From positions 1,035 to 65,034 of the forward strand of contig JACPOW010000001.1 in NCBI GenBank assembly GCA_016191335.1: a DNA stretch of 64,000 nucleotides, given 5' to 3'. The DNA comes from Elusimicrobiota bacterium. GTDB lineage: Bacteria > Elusimicrobiota > Elusimicrobia > UBA1565 > UBA9628. This document shows, one piece after another, positions 10,591 to 23,300 of the stretch. The position numbers and the translations under genes were made by a program. Positions within the stretch are counted from its first letter, which is position 1; every line of letters begins with the position of its first letter. A model generated the notes under the pieces. The model was not told the DNA's origin. It saw only the letters and a program-made list of their open reading frames with translations, and did not search any database.

Positions 10591-12084
10591 ATGAACCTCG
10601 TCGTCGGCTCGGGGCCCTCCGGAGTCGCCGCCGCCTCGGCCCTCCTCGACGCGGGCAAGCCCGTGCTCATGGTCGACATCGGCCGCGAGCTCGATCCACG
10701 ATGGTGCCAGGCATCCCGTTATTTTCAGTATTCGGCGGACGATCCCGCCCGGAAAAGGGTCTTCGGCTCGGAATACCCCTATTTGACGGACCGCGAGGCG
10801 GGCCTGGTCCAGAAGGGCACGAAATGCCTCGCCTCCGGCGGGAAAGGAGGCCTCTCCGCGGTGTGGGGAGCGTCGGTCCTCCCCTTTCCGGACGCGGAGA
10901 TCGAGGATTGGCCTTTTCCCGCCCGAGACCTCCACGACCATTACAAAAAGGCCGCCGCGCTCCTGGGCATCGCCGGCGCTGCGGACGGCCTGGCCGGGCG
11001 GTTCCCGTTCTACGCGCCGCCCTCGCCCCCGTTGAACCCGTCCCTGCAGGCCCGCGCCGTCCTCTCCCGTTTCGACGCCGACGCGCTCCGCTCGAACGGC
11101 TTCACCTTCGGCCAGGCGCGTCATGCCGTCAGCGCCGCGGCCTGCCAGTACGACGGCACCTGCCTGTCCGGCTGCGAGCGCGGCGCGATCTGGAACGCCG
11201 CCGTCGCCGTCGAGGCGCTGAAGAAACGCCTCGGGTTCGAGTACCGCGGCGGCGTCAAGGTCTTGTCCCTCGAAGATCGCCCCGACGGCGTGCGCCTGCA
11301 CGTCGCGCCGGAGGGCGCGTCGAGGACGGTCATCGACGGGGAAAAAGCGTTCCTCGCGTGCGGCCCCCTCGCCACGGCCCGCCTCGTGTGCGGGTCGTTC
11401 GGCGCCCCCGCCGAGGGCCTGCCCCTGCTCTCCCAGCCCTACTTCGTCCTGCCCCTGATCCTGGACCGGGACGTCCCCGGCGCCCCGGAGGAGAAGCTCC
11501 ACACCTTGGCGCAGGTCTTCCTGGAGCTCGAGGACAAGGATGTCTCCAAACACCTCGTCCATCTCCAGATCTACGGCCACAACGAGGTCATCGCCGACCG
11601 CCTCGCGGACGCCGCGCGCTGGGCGGGGCCATTCGCCGGCGCCGTCGAGCGTCATTTCGCCCCGCGTCTTCTCGCCATACAGGGCTATCTGCACTCCGAC
11701 GAGGGCGTCCCGGTCCGGATCACCGCCGAAGGCCGGGGCGAGGATTGCCGGCTCACGGTGAAGGCCGGGGACGCCTCGGCGACCAAGGCCGCCGTCCGCC
11801 GTGTCGCCGCCAAGATCGCGCGCCAGTCCGGCGAGCTGGGCTTCAACCCTCTTTCCTTCATGCTCAAGGTCGGCAAGCCCGGCGAGGGCAACCACGCCGG
11901 CGGCACCTTCCCGATGAAGAAGACCCCGGCGGCCTGGCAGACGGACGCCCTGGGCCGCCTCCACGGCCGCGAGCGCGTCCACCTCGTCGACTCCTCCGTC
12001 CTCCCCTCCATCCCCGCGACGACCTTCACCTACGCCGTGATGGCCAACGCGAGCCGCATCGCCTCCGAAGCCGCGGGCGCCTGA
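10591..12084 (+). CDS. GMC-family-like FAD-dependent oxidoreductase
   Basis: N-terminal VVGSGPSGVAAA dinucleotide fold. The C-terminus GNHAGGTFPM...VHLVDSSVLPSIPATTFTYAVMANASRIA resembles the GMC C-terminal domain. Confidence 0.65.
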   Translation: MNLVVGSGPSGVAAASALLDAGKPVLMVDIGRELDPRWCQASRYFQYSADDPARKRVFGSEYPYLTDREAGLVQKGTKCLASGGKGGLSAVWGASVLPFPDAEIEDWPFPARDLHDHYKKAAALLGIAGAADGLAGRFPFYAPPSPPLNPSLQARAVLSRFDADALRSNGFTFGQARHAVSAAACQYDGTCLSGCERGAIWNAAVAVEALKKRLGFEYRGGVKVLSLEDRPDGVRLHVAPEGASRTVIDGEKAFLACGPLATARLVCGSFGAPAEGLPLLSQPYFVLPLILDRDVPGAPEEKLHTLAQVFLELEDKDVSKHLVHLQIYGHNEVIADRLADAARWAGPFAGAVERHFAPRLLAIQGYLHSDEGVPVRITAEGRGEDCRLTVKAGDASATKAAVRRVAAKIARQSGELGFNPLSFMLKVGKPGEGNHAGGTFPMKKTPAAWQTDALGRLHGRERVHLVDSSVLPSIPATTFTYAVMANASRIASEAAGA

Positions 12085-12092
12085 GCCCCGCC

Positions 12093-12115
12093 GCGACTCG
12101 CACCGGTGCGAGTTC
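12093..12115. repeat. intergenic palindrome family B, copy 1 (core ACTCGCACCGGTGCGAGT)
   Basis: The 23-mer gcgactcgcaccggtgcgagttc recurs exactly, inverted, at 54311-54333. The 18-bp core is a perfect palindrome. Confidence 0.8.
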
Positions 12116-12135
12116 CTCAGAAGAGACCGGGATTT

Positions 12136-12179
12136 ACTACTGATAATCACTGTTCCCGGGAACAGTGATTATCAATAGT
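12136..12179. repeat. intergenic palindrome family A, copy 1 (34-bp perfect palindrome TGATAATCACTGTTCCCGGGAACAGTGATTATCA)
   Basis: Perfect inverted repeat at 12141-12174, extended imperfectly to 12136-12179. A related copy sits at 62420-63 and shares the 21-mer tgataatcactgttcccggga. Confidence 0.85.
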
Positions 12180-12302
12180 AGCGGCCCGATTTTGGACGGG
12201 GCACAAAATACTGCAAATAGTGGAATGCCTGACACCAAAGCAAACATCGGTAGGCCTGGCACCATCCCTAAGGGAAGCGCGGAAATTGGTACAATCGCGA
12301 TC

Positions 12303-14725
<2,423 letters not shown>

Positions 14726-14729
<4 letters not shown>

Positions 14730-14779
14730 CGCCGATCGAGGCCCTCCAGGCCCTGAACGCGCTGAAGAAGCAACTGTAA
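14726..14779 (+). CDS. 17-codon mini-ORF encoding the MutS C-terminal helix-like peptide MTPIEALQALNALKKQL
   Basis: It is in the +1 frame relative to mutS. Its ATG overlaps the mutS TGA (ATGA) and its TAA overlaps the mutL ATG (TAATG). The peptide resembles the usual extreme C-terminus of MutS. Confidence 0.4.
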
Positions 14780-16593
14780 TGCCCACCATCCAGCGCCTCC
14801 CCGAAGAAGTCTTCTCCCGCATCGCCGCCGGAGAAGTCGTGGAGAGACCCGCGTCCCTTCTCAAGGAGCTGATCGAGAACTCGCTGGACGCCCAGGCGAC
14901 GAGCATCGACATCGAGGTGTTCGGGGCCGGGAAAACCTCGCTGCGCGTCTCCGACAACGGAGTCGGCATGGACGCCGAGGACGTCAAGCTCTGCCTCGAG
15001 CGCCACGCCACGAGCAAGATCGCCGCGTTCGAGGACCTCGACAAGCTGCACACGTTCGGCTTCCGCGGCGAGGCGCTGTACGCCATCGCGGCGGTCTCGA
15101 AGGTCACCGTCACCAGCGCCCAGAAAGACGCCAAGACCGGCTGGCGCGTGACGAGCGCGGGCGGCAAGGTCACCAACGGCCCGGCGCCCGCCGTCCACGG
15201 CACGACCGTGTTCGTCAAGGACCTGTTCTACAACACGCCCGCGCGCCTCGAATTCCTCAAGTCCGACGGCTCCGAGCGCTCGCGCCTGGCCGCGGTGGTC
15301 GAGGAGGCCGCGCTCGCCAACCCCGGCGTGCGCTTCACCTACAAGTCCGAAGGCCGTCAGGTCCTGCGCTTCGAGCCCGAGGACTCCGGCGACTTCTTCA
15401 CCGATTTCGACCTGCGCGCCGCGGCCGTGCTCGGCGACGACCTCGCCGGCGGACTGCTGCCCATCGACGTCGAGCGCCCCGGCGTGCGCGTGCGCATGCT
15501 CGTCTCCCCGTTCGACAAGATGCCGTCCTCGCGCAGCTTCCAGTACTTCTTCGTCAACAAGCGCCCGGTGTCCTCGAAGATCCTCAACACCGCCCTGTAC
15601 AAGGCCTACGGCGAGCACCGCCCCGCCGGCAAGCAGCCGGTGTGCGTGGCCCTGCTCGAGCTCAATCCCGACGCCTTCGACGCGAACGTCCACCCCGGCA
15701 AGCGCGAGGTGCGCTTCAAGAAGGACGGCGAGATGTTCGAGATCGTCAGCGGGCTCGTCGCCTCCGCCCTGGCCAAGGCCAAAGCCGCGGCGCCGATCAC
15801 CGTCGAGGTCGCGGCGACGTCGTCCGTCGTCGTGGACGCCCCGTCGCCGGTGGACCCGGCGGTGAAGCCGTCGACTGAGGCGCCGAATCCTGATGGTTAC
15901 TACCTCGGAGGAAGAGGCTTCATCCCCCAGGACTTCAAGCAGCTCAAGCTCAGCTCCGCCGTGGCGATGGGCGCTCCGGAAGGCGCTCCTGCCTGGTACA
16001 CGCCGCCCTTCCGCTACGTGGGGCAGATCGAGCGCAGCTACATGGTCTTCGAGGCCAACGGCGGCCTCTTCGTCCTCGACCAGCACGCCGCCGCCGAGCG
16101 CGTCCTGTTCGAGAAGCTGATGGCCGAGATCGAGGCCGGCGGCGCCAAGTCGCAGAAGCTGATGATCCCGGTCCCGGTCGACCTTCCCGCGTCCGCGGTG
16201 AGGGCCGTCCTGGAAAAAGCCGAGCGCCTGCACAAGATCGGCTTCGAGGTCGTCGCGCACGGCAAGAACGGGCTGCACGTGACGGCGGTGCCCGCCCTTT
16301 TCTATCAAGCCGACGACACCAAGAAGCTGATCCATCGCGTCATCGACAGCCTGTCCGACCCCGTCGCCGAGGCCGAGCGCCTGCGGCACGACGCCACCGC
16401 GACGATCGCGTGCAAGGCCGCCGTGAAGTCCCACGACCGGCTGGGCGAGGAGGAGGCCTACAAGCTCCTCGACGCCCTGCGCGACTGCAAGGACGGCTCG
16501 GCCTGCCCGCACGGACGCCGCGCGATGCTCGCGCTCAACCGCGACGAGCTCGCGCGCCGCTTCCAGCGTCCCGGAGCCGTGCCTCTCGCGTGA
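14779..16593 (+). CDS. mutL: DNA mismatch repair endonuclease MutL
   Basis: 604 aa. GHKL N-terminus (ELIENSLDA, DNGVGM). C-terminal endonuclease motif DQHAAAERVLFE. Confidence 0.9.
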   Translation: MPTIQRLPEEVFSRIAAGEVVERPASLLKELIENSLDAQATSIDIEVFGAGKTSLRVSDNGVGMDAEDVKLCLERHATSKIAAFEDLDKLHTFGFRGEALYAIAAVSKVTVTSAQKDAKTGWRVTSAGGKVTNGPAPAVHGTTVFVKDLFYNTPARLEFLKSDGSERSRLAAVVEEAALANPGVRFTYKSEGRQVLRFEPEDSGDFFTDFDLRAAAVLGDDLAGGLLPIDVERPGVRVRMLVSPFDKMPSSRSFQYFFVNKRPVSSKILNTALYKAYGEHRPAGKQPVCVALLELNPDAFDANVHPGKREVRFKKDGEMFEIVSGLVASALAKAKAAAPITVEVAATSSVVVDAPSPVDPAVKPSTEAPNPDGYYLGGRGFIPQDFKQLKLSSAVAMGAPEGAPAWYTPPFRYVGQIERSYMVFEANGGLFVLDQHAAAERVLFEKLMAEIEAGGAKSQKLMIPVPVDLPASAVRAVLEKAERLHKIGFEVVAHGKNGLHVTAVPALFYQADDTKKLIHRVIDSLSDPVAEAERLRHDATATIACKAAVKSHDRLGEEEAYKLLDALRDCKDGSACPHGRRAMLALNRDELARRFQRPGAVPLA

Positions 16594-16982
16594 GCGTCAA
16601 GCACCCTCACGCGCACACGCGAGGCCATCTCCGCCGCCTGCTCGAAGCGATCTTCGCCTTCGTCGTCTGCGTCGTCCTGTACGCGCTCGTGATGACCGGC
16701 TCGGTGTGGTTCCCGCTGTTCCTCGGCGGCGCCAAGGTCAAGCCGCTCGTCGCCTTCCTCCTGATGCCGATGGACGTGCTGATGCTCGGCTGGAACCAGC
16801 CGTGGCACATCCTGGGCTTCCATCTGCTGACCACCGCGACGGCCTTCGTCCTGTCCCGGGCCGACACGGACAAGCAGTACAAGCTGATGCTGATCGCCTT
16901 CGCGACCTGCGCCCTCGTCAGCGCCGTCAACGACGCGATCAAGGCGTACCGCGTCCTCCACCATCCCCATCCGGCGAAATGA
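16590..16982 (+). CDS. small integral membrane protein, function unknown
   Basis: GTG at 16590 overlaps the mutL stop (GTGA). About 130 aa with 3-4 hydrophobic helices. The start is uncertain. Confidence 0.45.
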   Translation: MSVKHPHAHTRGHLRRLLEAIFAFVVCVVLYALVMTGSVWFPLFLGGAKVKPLVAFLLMPMDVLMLGWNQPWHILGFHLLTTATAFVLSRADTDKQYKLMLIAFATCALVSAVNDAIKAYRVLHHPHPAK

Positions 16983-16986
16983 CGCC

Positions 16987-17634
16987 ATGATGCCCGACCT
17001 CGACCGCATCTACGACCGGGCCTTCTTCGAGGAGTGGGGCCCGGGCCACGAGAAGTACATCCGCTCGGCGGAGATCATCGCCGGCGTCCTCCACGAGCTC
17101 CTGCGGCCCAGGCGCCTCGTCGACCTCGGGGCCGGCTGCGGGGTCTACAGCCACCTGTTCGCCAAGCGCGGCGTGGAGGTCCTCGCCATCGACGGCGTCC
17201 TGCCGCCTCCCGAGCTCGCCTACCCGGTCCCGTTCCACGTCCGCGACCTCACCGCGCCGTTCGAGAACGTCTGGGGGAAGTTCGACCTCGCCCTGTGCCT
17301 CGAGGTCGCCGAACACATCCCCGAGCCCCTGTCGGACGCGTTCCTGGACAACCTCCTGGGCTTCTCCGACCGGCTCGTCCTGTCCGCGGCCCAGCCCAAC
17401 CAGGGGGGCCACCACCACGTCAACGAGCGGCCCAAGCGGTATTGGGTGGCCAAGCTCGCCGAGAAGGGCTTCGCCTATAACCACCGCGAGACCGGCCGGG
17501 TGCTGACGGCGCTGACCGCCGCGCGCCCGCCCTACATGTGGATGGCGGAGCAGATCAGTGTGTACGACCGGGGCCCGGCCTCGCCCGGGACGAAGGACCG
17601 CCTGCCGTTCTCCGTGCCGCCTCCGTCCCGATGA
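16987..17634 (+). CDS. class I SAM-dependent methyltransferase
   Basis: 215 aa. Motif I is LVDLGAGCGVYS. An acidic loop (LAID) and CLEVAEHI are typical of small-molecule methyltransferases. Confidence 0.75.
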   Translation: MMPDLDRIYDRAFFEEWGPGHEKYIRSAEIIAGVLHELLRPRRLVDLGAGCGVYSHLFAKRGVEVLAIDGVLPPPELAYPVPFHVRDLTAPFENVWGKFDLALCLEVAEHIPEPLSDAFLDNLLGFSDRLVLSAAQPNQGGHHHVNERPKRYWVAKLAEKGFAYNHRETGRVLTALTAARPPYMWMAEQISVYDRGPASPGTKDRLPFSVPPPSR

Positions 17635-18713
17635 TCGAGCGCGCCAAGGCCTTCTACCGCGACCACGAGCCGGCCTGCACCGCCGGCTTCTTCGTCGCGG
17701 GCTTCCTGTTCGACACGCTCGCCGTCGGGCGCATCGACAAGCTCCACAACATCATCCATCAGGCGGTCTACCTCTCGCTGTGCGCCCTGTTCACGAGCCT
17801 CGAGCTGCGCGAGCGCCACGGCCGGTTCGCCCCGCCCGAGCGCCTGAAGACCGCGTGGCGCTACCACGCCGGGGCCACGCACTTCATGCTCGGGACCTTG
17901 CTCAACATCTACACGCTCTTCTTCTTCAAGAGCGCGTCGATGGGCACCTCCTTCCTGTTCCTCGTCATCCTCGCCGCGCTGCTCGCGGTCAACGAGCTCA
18001 AGCCGTTCGAGAGCTCGGGGACTTTGCTGCGCACGACCTTGTTCAGCCTGTGCCTCGTCTCCTACTTCACCTACCTGGTCCCGACCTTGATGGGCCGCAT
18101 CGGCGCGCTGCCTTTCCTCGGCTCCCTCGTCGCGGCGTCGGCGTGCGTCGCCGCGCTGACCTGGCGCCTCGAGGTCCGCCTGCCGGAGCACAAGCCGGAG
18201 GTCCGCCGCCACGTCGTCTACCCGTTCGCCGCCGTCGCCGTCCTTTTCGCGGTCCTCTACTTCGCCAAGGTCATCCCGCCGGTGCCGCTGTCGCTGTCCG
18301 AGATCGGCGTCTACCACGAGGTGCGCCGCGAGGGCGGCCGCTTCGCCCTGACCTCGACGCGCCCGCGCTGGAAGTTCTGGCAGCGCGGCGACCAGACCTT
18401 CCTCGCCCGCCCCGGCGACGCGATCTACTGTTGGATCAGCGTCTTCTCCCCCACGAACTTCCGCGAGCGCCTCGAGGTCCACTGGCGCTTCCGCGAGCCC
18501 GGCGGCTGGGGCGAGCCCGAGGTCATCCCCCTGCCGATCACCGGCGGGCGGGACGAGGGCTGGCGCGGGTTCACGGCCAAGGCGAAGCACAAGCCCGGGC
18601 GCTGGCGCGTCGAGGTCGTGACCTCGGACGGCCGCGAGCTGGGGCGCATCCAACTGACCGTCACGCCGGACGAGTCAGTTTTGCCGCGCGAAACGCGTAT
18701 CATCTGGAGGTGA
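17631..18713 (+). CDS. polytopic membrane protein with a DUF2914-like C-terminal domain
   Basis: 360 aa from ATG 17631 (ATGA overlap with the methyltransferase). About 6 TM helices, then a beta-rich tail ...GRWRVEVVTSDGRELGRIQLTV. Confidence 0.6.
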   Translation: MIERAKAFYRDHEPACTAGFFVAGFLFDTLAVGRIDKLHNIIHQAVYLSLCALFTSLELRERHGRFAPPERLKTAWRYHAGATHFMLGTLLNIYTLFFFKSASMGTSFLFLVILAALLAVNELKPFESSGTLLRTTLFSLCLVSYFTYLVPTLMGRIGALPFLGSLVAASACVAALTWRLEVRLPEHKPEVRRHVVYPFAAVAVLFAVLYFAKVIPPVPLSLSEIGVYHEVRREGGRFALTSTRPRWKFWQRGDQTFLARPGDAIYCWISVFSPTNFRERLEVHWRFREPGGWGEPEVIPLPITGGRDEGWRGFTAKAKHKPGRWRVEVVTSDGRELGRIQLTVTPDESVLPRETRIIWR

Positions 18714-18721
18714 GGTAGACC

Positions 18722-19468
18722 ATGAAGAACCCGGGAACTCTGATCGTCCTCGTCCTGCTCGCCGCCGGCGCCGCCGTCGGCATCTACGGCGCCCGCTCCT
18801 TCCTCGGGACGCCGCCCCCCGCGCCGGGCCTCTCCTCGGCTCCGGTCGCGGCTCCGCCCGCCTTGCCCGCGAACCTCCCCCCGCTCGGCAAGAGCGACGA
18901 CTTCGTCCGCCTGCGCGCCTCGGACCTGTCGAAGGCGAGCGCGTTCGGCGAGTGGCTCAAGCAGGAGTCCCTGATCGCGCGCCTGGCCGCCGCGACGAGC
19001 ATGATCGCCAACGGCAAGTTCCCGCGCGAGACCTTCGCCGCGTTCGCCCCGCGCGGGAAGTTCCTCGTCCTCAGGAAGGGCGGCAAGGTCCTCGTCGACC
19101 CCGCCGGCTACGCGCGCTACGACGCCTTCGCGGCCATGGTCGCGGGCGTGGACGCGGTCGCGGCCGCCAGGCTGTTCGAGGAGCTGGAGCCTTTGTTCGA
19201 CGCCGCCCACCGCGAGCTCGGCGAGAAGACGGCGGGCGCGCGCGCGACCTTCCTCGCCGCGGCCGCCGAGCTGCTGGAGACGCCGCGGCTCGAGGACGGC
19301 GCCCTCCTCAAGGAAGGCAAGAAAGGCATCGGCTGGGTGTACGCCGACGAGGAGCTGGAGGCGCGCAGCCTCGCGCAGAAGCAGCTCATGCGCATGGGCC
19401 CGAAGAACCAGGACGCGGTGCAGGCGAAGATCCGCGCCGTGACCTTGGCTCTGGGCGCCCGCCGCTAA
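18722..19468 (+). CDS. single-pass membrane protein, DUF3014-like
   Basis: 248 aa. N-terminal TM, Pro/Ala linker, LPPLGKSDDFVRLRASDL...VDPAGYARYD pattern. GGAGGTGAGG Shine-Dalgarno upstream. Confidence 0.55.
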   Translation: MKNPGTLIVLVLLAAGAAVGIYGARSFLGTPPPAPGLSSAPVAAPPALPANLPPLGKSDDFVRLRASDLSKASAFGEWLKQESLIARLAAATSMIANGKFPRETFAAFAPRGKFLVLRKGGKVLVDPAGYARYDAFAAMVAGVDAVAAARLFEELEPLFDAAHRELGEKTAGARATFLAAAAELLETPRLEDGALLKEGKKGIGWVYADEELEARSLAQKQLMRMGPKNQDAVQAKIRAVTLALGARR

Positions 19469-20370
19469 AGCCGCGCGAGCAAAGAGAATACGAAGGAGTC
19501 GCCGAGCATCCCGCCCGGCCTCCAGGCGAAGGAGGCGTCGACCGCCCTCCAGCTCAGGCCGGCGCCGAGGCTGAGGACCGCGAGGGCGCCGAGGTCCCGG
19601 CGCGAGAGGTCCGCGCCGCCGCGCAGCGAGCCCGCGAGGTCCTTGGAAACGCCGTGCGTCCACTCCGCGCCCAGGCCCGCGTCGGAGGACGCGCCGTGGG
19701 GCCGGTAACGGTAATCCAAAGCCAAAGTCAATCCCTCGGGCAGACGATAGCTCGCGCCGGCCGCCGCGACGATGGGCAGTGGCGAGCGCTCGTCCGCGAA
19801 CCTCATCCGCGACCCGACGTTGCGCACCGCCAGGCCGACCTGCGCCACGCCGGGCCCCAGGCGCCCCGGCCGGTAAAGGCCGCCCAGGTCGAGCGCCGCG
19901 CTCCGCGCCTCGGCCTCGGCGATCGAGCTCGTGATGTATTTGACGCCGGCGCCCAGCCGCAGGCCCGACGAGACGCTCACGCCGTAGGCGAGGTCCGCGG
20001 CGGTGTCGGACGCGGAGAACCCGCCCGTGGGCTTGCCCGCGGCGTCCCGGCCGTCGAGCCGTCCCTGGCCCAGGTGCCGGACGGCCGCGCCGAAGGTCCC
20101 GGCCCGGGTCGGCTGGGCGAAGCCGATGAAGTCGAAGCGGGTGTCCTCGCCCATCGCGACGCGCGTGAAGCCGACCTGGCGGGAGGGAAGGTCCGCGAGG
20201 CCGGACGGATTCCAGGCGACGGCGTCGACGCCGTCGGCCACCGCGGTGTAGGCGCCCCCCATGGCCGCGGCGCGCGCGCCGACGCCGATCTTCAGGAAGG
20301 GCGCGCCTTCCTGCGCCGAGGCGACCGACGGGAGGAGCGCGGCGAGGAGCGCGAGAGCCGTTATCCTCAT
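19465..20370 (-). CDS. PorV/PorQ-family-like outer-membrane beta-barrel
   Basis: 301 aa from ATG 20370 (ATGA overlap with the cargo stop). Signal peptide, then FLKIGVGARAAAMGGAYTAVADGVDAVAWNPSGLA, matching the PorV-family N-terminal signature. Alternating beta-strand pattern to the C-terminus. Confidence 0.7.
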   Translation of the reverse strand: MRITALALLAALLPSVASAQEGAPFLKIGVGARAAAMGGAYTAVADGVDAVAWNPSGLADLPSRQVGFTRVAMGEDTRFDFIGFAQPTRAGTFGAAVRHLGQGRLDGRDAAGKPTGGFSASDTAADLAYGVSVSSGLRLGAGVKYITSSIAEAEARSAALDLGGLYRPGRLGPGVAQVGLAVRNVGSRMRFADERSPLPIVAAAGASYRLPEGLTLALDYRYRPHGASSDAGLGAEWTHGVSKDLAGSLRGGADLSRRDLGALAVLSLGAGLSWRAVDASFAWRPGGMLGDSFVFSLLARL

Positions 20371-23300
20371 TTGATCAGGGCCACCTTGCCCGTCCTTCCG
20401 ATGGCGGGCCGGCCCTGCTTGCGGGCGTTCACCGAGTAGAGATAGACCGCGGAGGCGGCCCCGCGCACGTCCCAGTGATAATCGTAGGTGTACTGCGCCC
20501 CTTTCCCGTTCCCGTCGTCGAGCAGGACCGGTCCGGCGAGGCTGCCTCCGTTCACGCGCCGGCCCGACAGGTCGAAGATGTCGACGTCCACCTCGTCGGC
20601 CACCCCGGCCTGGAGACGGATCGTCACGCGCTCTCCGCGCCGCGAGGGATTGGGGAAGGCGTACAGGTCGCGGAAGAGGAAGGCCTCCTCCGCGGCGGCG
20701 GGCGCCGCCCCGGACCCCGTCCCCGCGCCGACGGCGGCCAACGGCCCCGCCCCGCCGGCCGGAGCGACGATCTCGCGCACGCTCATCTTCTTGTAGAGAA
20801 GGCCGTTCGTGCCGACGCCGTCGCTGCGGAAGTAGACGGTGGCGTTGGGCAGCCCCGATTCGCTTCCGGGGCGGCCGGAGCCGTTGGTCAACCGCTCCTG
20901 TGGGTTCACTCCGGCCGCGCAGGGGGTCCCGTCGCCCCACGCGCTCCCGTTGTCCTCGAACCGGTTGACGAGGAACCAGGAGCCGCCGCCGGCTCCGTCC
21001 GTCATGTCCATGTAGTGCTCCACCATGACGTTGCCGTCCGGCAGGTCGTAGACGACGTACTTGTGGCCGATCCAGACGTTGAATGGCATCGAGGCGGAGA
21101 CGGGCCAAAAGGTCGTGGTGGTGTTGTTGACCGCGTAGGAGGTCGGATGGCGGGTCTCCTTATAGAAGTCCACGTGCCCGTCGTATCTGATCCGCGCGCC
21201 GACCCCTCTCGTGTCGCAGAGCTGCGCCGTTTCGCTGCCGGTGGTCCCGTGGTTGGTGCGGGCCGCGCCGTCGATCCCCGCGTAAGCCACGTTGGAGTCG
21301 GCGACCCTCATCGCATAGACCGTCATCTCCACGTCGTGCCACTGCTTCGCGTGCGAGTTCGCCACCGTCATGGAGCTGCTGCCCTTGACGAACTCCGGGT
21401 GATGGATGTACATCCGGGGCGCGCTGCCGGAGATCTTGAACACCCCGCTGGCCGCGTCGATGAGATAATTCGCGGTCCCGTGGGCGGCGTCGAACCAGGG
21501 ATCGATCGGGTCCCTGGCGAAGCCGAACGAGCGGTTGATCCCGTTATCCCAGGACGAGTACCACGTCTTGCTTCCCCCCGCGGTGGCGTACAGCTCCCGG
21601 ATGCCGTCCCACCACGGGACCGTCGAGGCGGCGACGGTCAGATTGCACATCGTCGCGGCGCCGGGCGAGGCGAGGAAGCCGAGGTTGTCGAGGACGGTCG
21701 CCGTGCTGTGGTTGGAGCGGAACGTGTAGTTCCGGGCGAGCAGGACCCGGGGAGCTCCCGGCGAGGTCACGTACACGTCGAAGATGTGCGCGGAGGCGTT
21801 GACCCGGAGGTCGAAGCGGTAGGAGGTCCCCGTGCTGTAGGCGACGGTCGACATGCGCGCGTAGGCGGTGCTGTAGCGCACGTCGATGAAGCCCTGGGAG
21901 TTGAAGCGCACGCCCGCGGCGAGGGCGGAGAGGCTCCCGGCGGCCCCGCCGGACAGGCCGACGGAGGACTCCATCCCGGCGGAGCTGGGCGTGACGTCGA
22001 AGGAGACCGTGAACGAGCTGACCTGCGGCGGGATGGCCTCGTTGCGCCAGGCGCCGGCGCTGGTCAGGCAGCCGGCGCCCGACGGCGACGTCGTGAAGGT
22101 CCCGTCGCCCGAGAACGCGAGGTTGCCCGCCGCGTCGGCGGATCCGACCCGGTAATGGTAGAGCGTCCCGGCGGAGAGGCCGCCGACGGACCGGGTGTGA
22201 ACCGTGCTGGTGGAGGCGTCCGGCGCCGTCGAGCTGCCGTAGGCGGCGCTCGTCCCGTAATCGACCCGGGAGGTCGACGGCTCGTCGGTGACCCAGGCGA
22301 GGGCGGCCGAGCTGATCCCCAGGTCCGCGACGACGACCGAGCTGATGACCGGGGCCGTATGGTCCACCGTGACGGCGACGGCCGCCGAGGTCGAGGCGTT
22401 CCCGTCCGCGTCCCAGGCCAAGGCGGTCAAGCTGTGCCCGCCTTCGCTCGACACGGCCGTGTCCCAGACCGCCGCGTAGGGCGCGGCGGCGTCCGGCGGG
22501 CCCAGATTCGCGCCGTCGAGCCGGAACTGGACCGTCGCCACCGCGACGTCGTCGAAGGCGGCGGCCGTCACGGCGACGGTCCCGGCCAGGACCGCTCCGT
22601 CCTGGGGCGACAGGACCGAGACCGTCGGCGTCGCGACGTTGACGGCGACGTTCGTGAAGCGGGCGGACGCGTCCTCGGTGTAGAGGCTGATGCGCCCCGA
22701 GGTGTAAGGCCGCTGCGCGTCGGTGAACGTCGTGATGAGGACGCCGTCGACGAAAGCCGACAGGACGTTCTGCCTCTGGGCGATCTTGACGTGGTACGCC
22801 CCGCCGATCGGGAAGACGGGAGACGAGCCCGTCGTCAGGAAGCGCTGGCCGCCGGGGTAGGCGGGATCCGCCTTGCCCAGCTCCCATCCGTCGGGCTTGG
22901 GGATGAAGTAGTAGAAGTGGGCGTTGTCCGCGTAGTCCCAGACCACCCAGGCCGCCTCCCACGGATTGGGCGGGGAGCCCGTCCTCAGCTGGGCGGTCGT
23001 GCGCAGATCGGCGGACAGGGTCATCGGGGAGGCGAACGACAGACCGGACACCAGGGCCGCGTGGGTCTCCGACGAAGAGGCGCTCGCGAAGGGGCTCTCC
23101 TCGAGCCAGGAGCGGCCGCCGTCGGTCCTCACGGAGGTGCAGCCGTAGCCGTTGAACACGGAGGTCCAGGGACCGAAGACCGCGCCGTCGACGAGGCAGA
23201 CATCCGGCGTGTAGGACGAGAAATCGTCGAAGAACGATACGGCCGGAGAGGAGGGCGCGGTCGTGAACGTCGCATCGGCGGAGACCGCGAGGTTGCCCAA

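Noticed and set aside
12141-12174. Family-A palindrome as a Fur/Zur-type box
   Set aside because: Each arm contains TGATAATCA, but only about 13 of 19 positions fit the classical Fur box. The arms are separated by a GC core, and neither adjacent gene is metal-related. It is kept as a generic repeat or operator candidate instead.
16987-17634. Methyltransferase downstream of mutL as a Dam-like strand-discrimination DNA methylase
   Set aside because: It has small-molecule class I methyltransferase motifs only, with no DPPY/NPPY-type catalytic motif or target-recognition domain. MutL also carries its own endonuclease motif, so no MutH/Dam system is expected.
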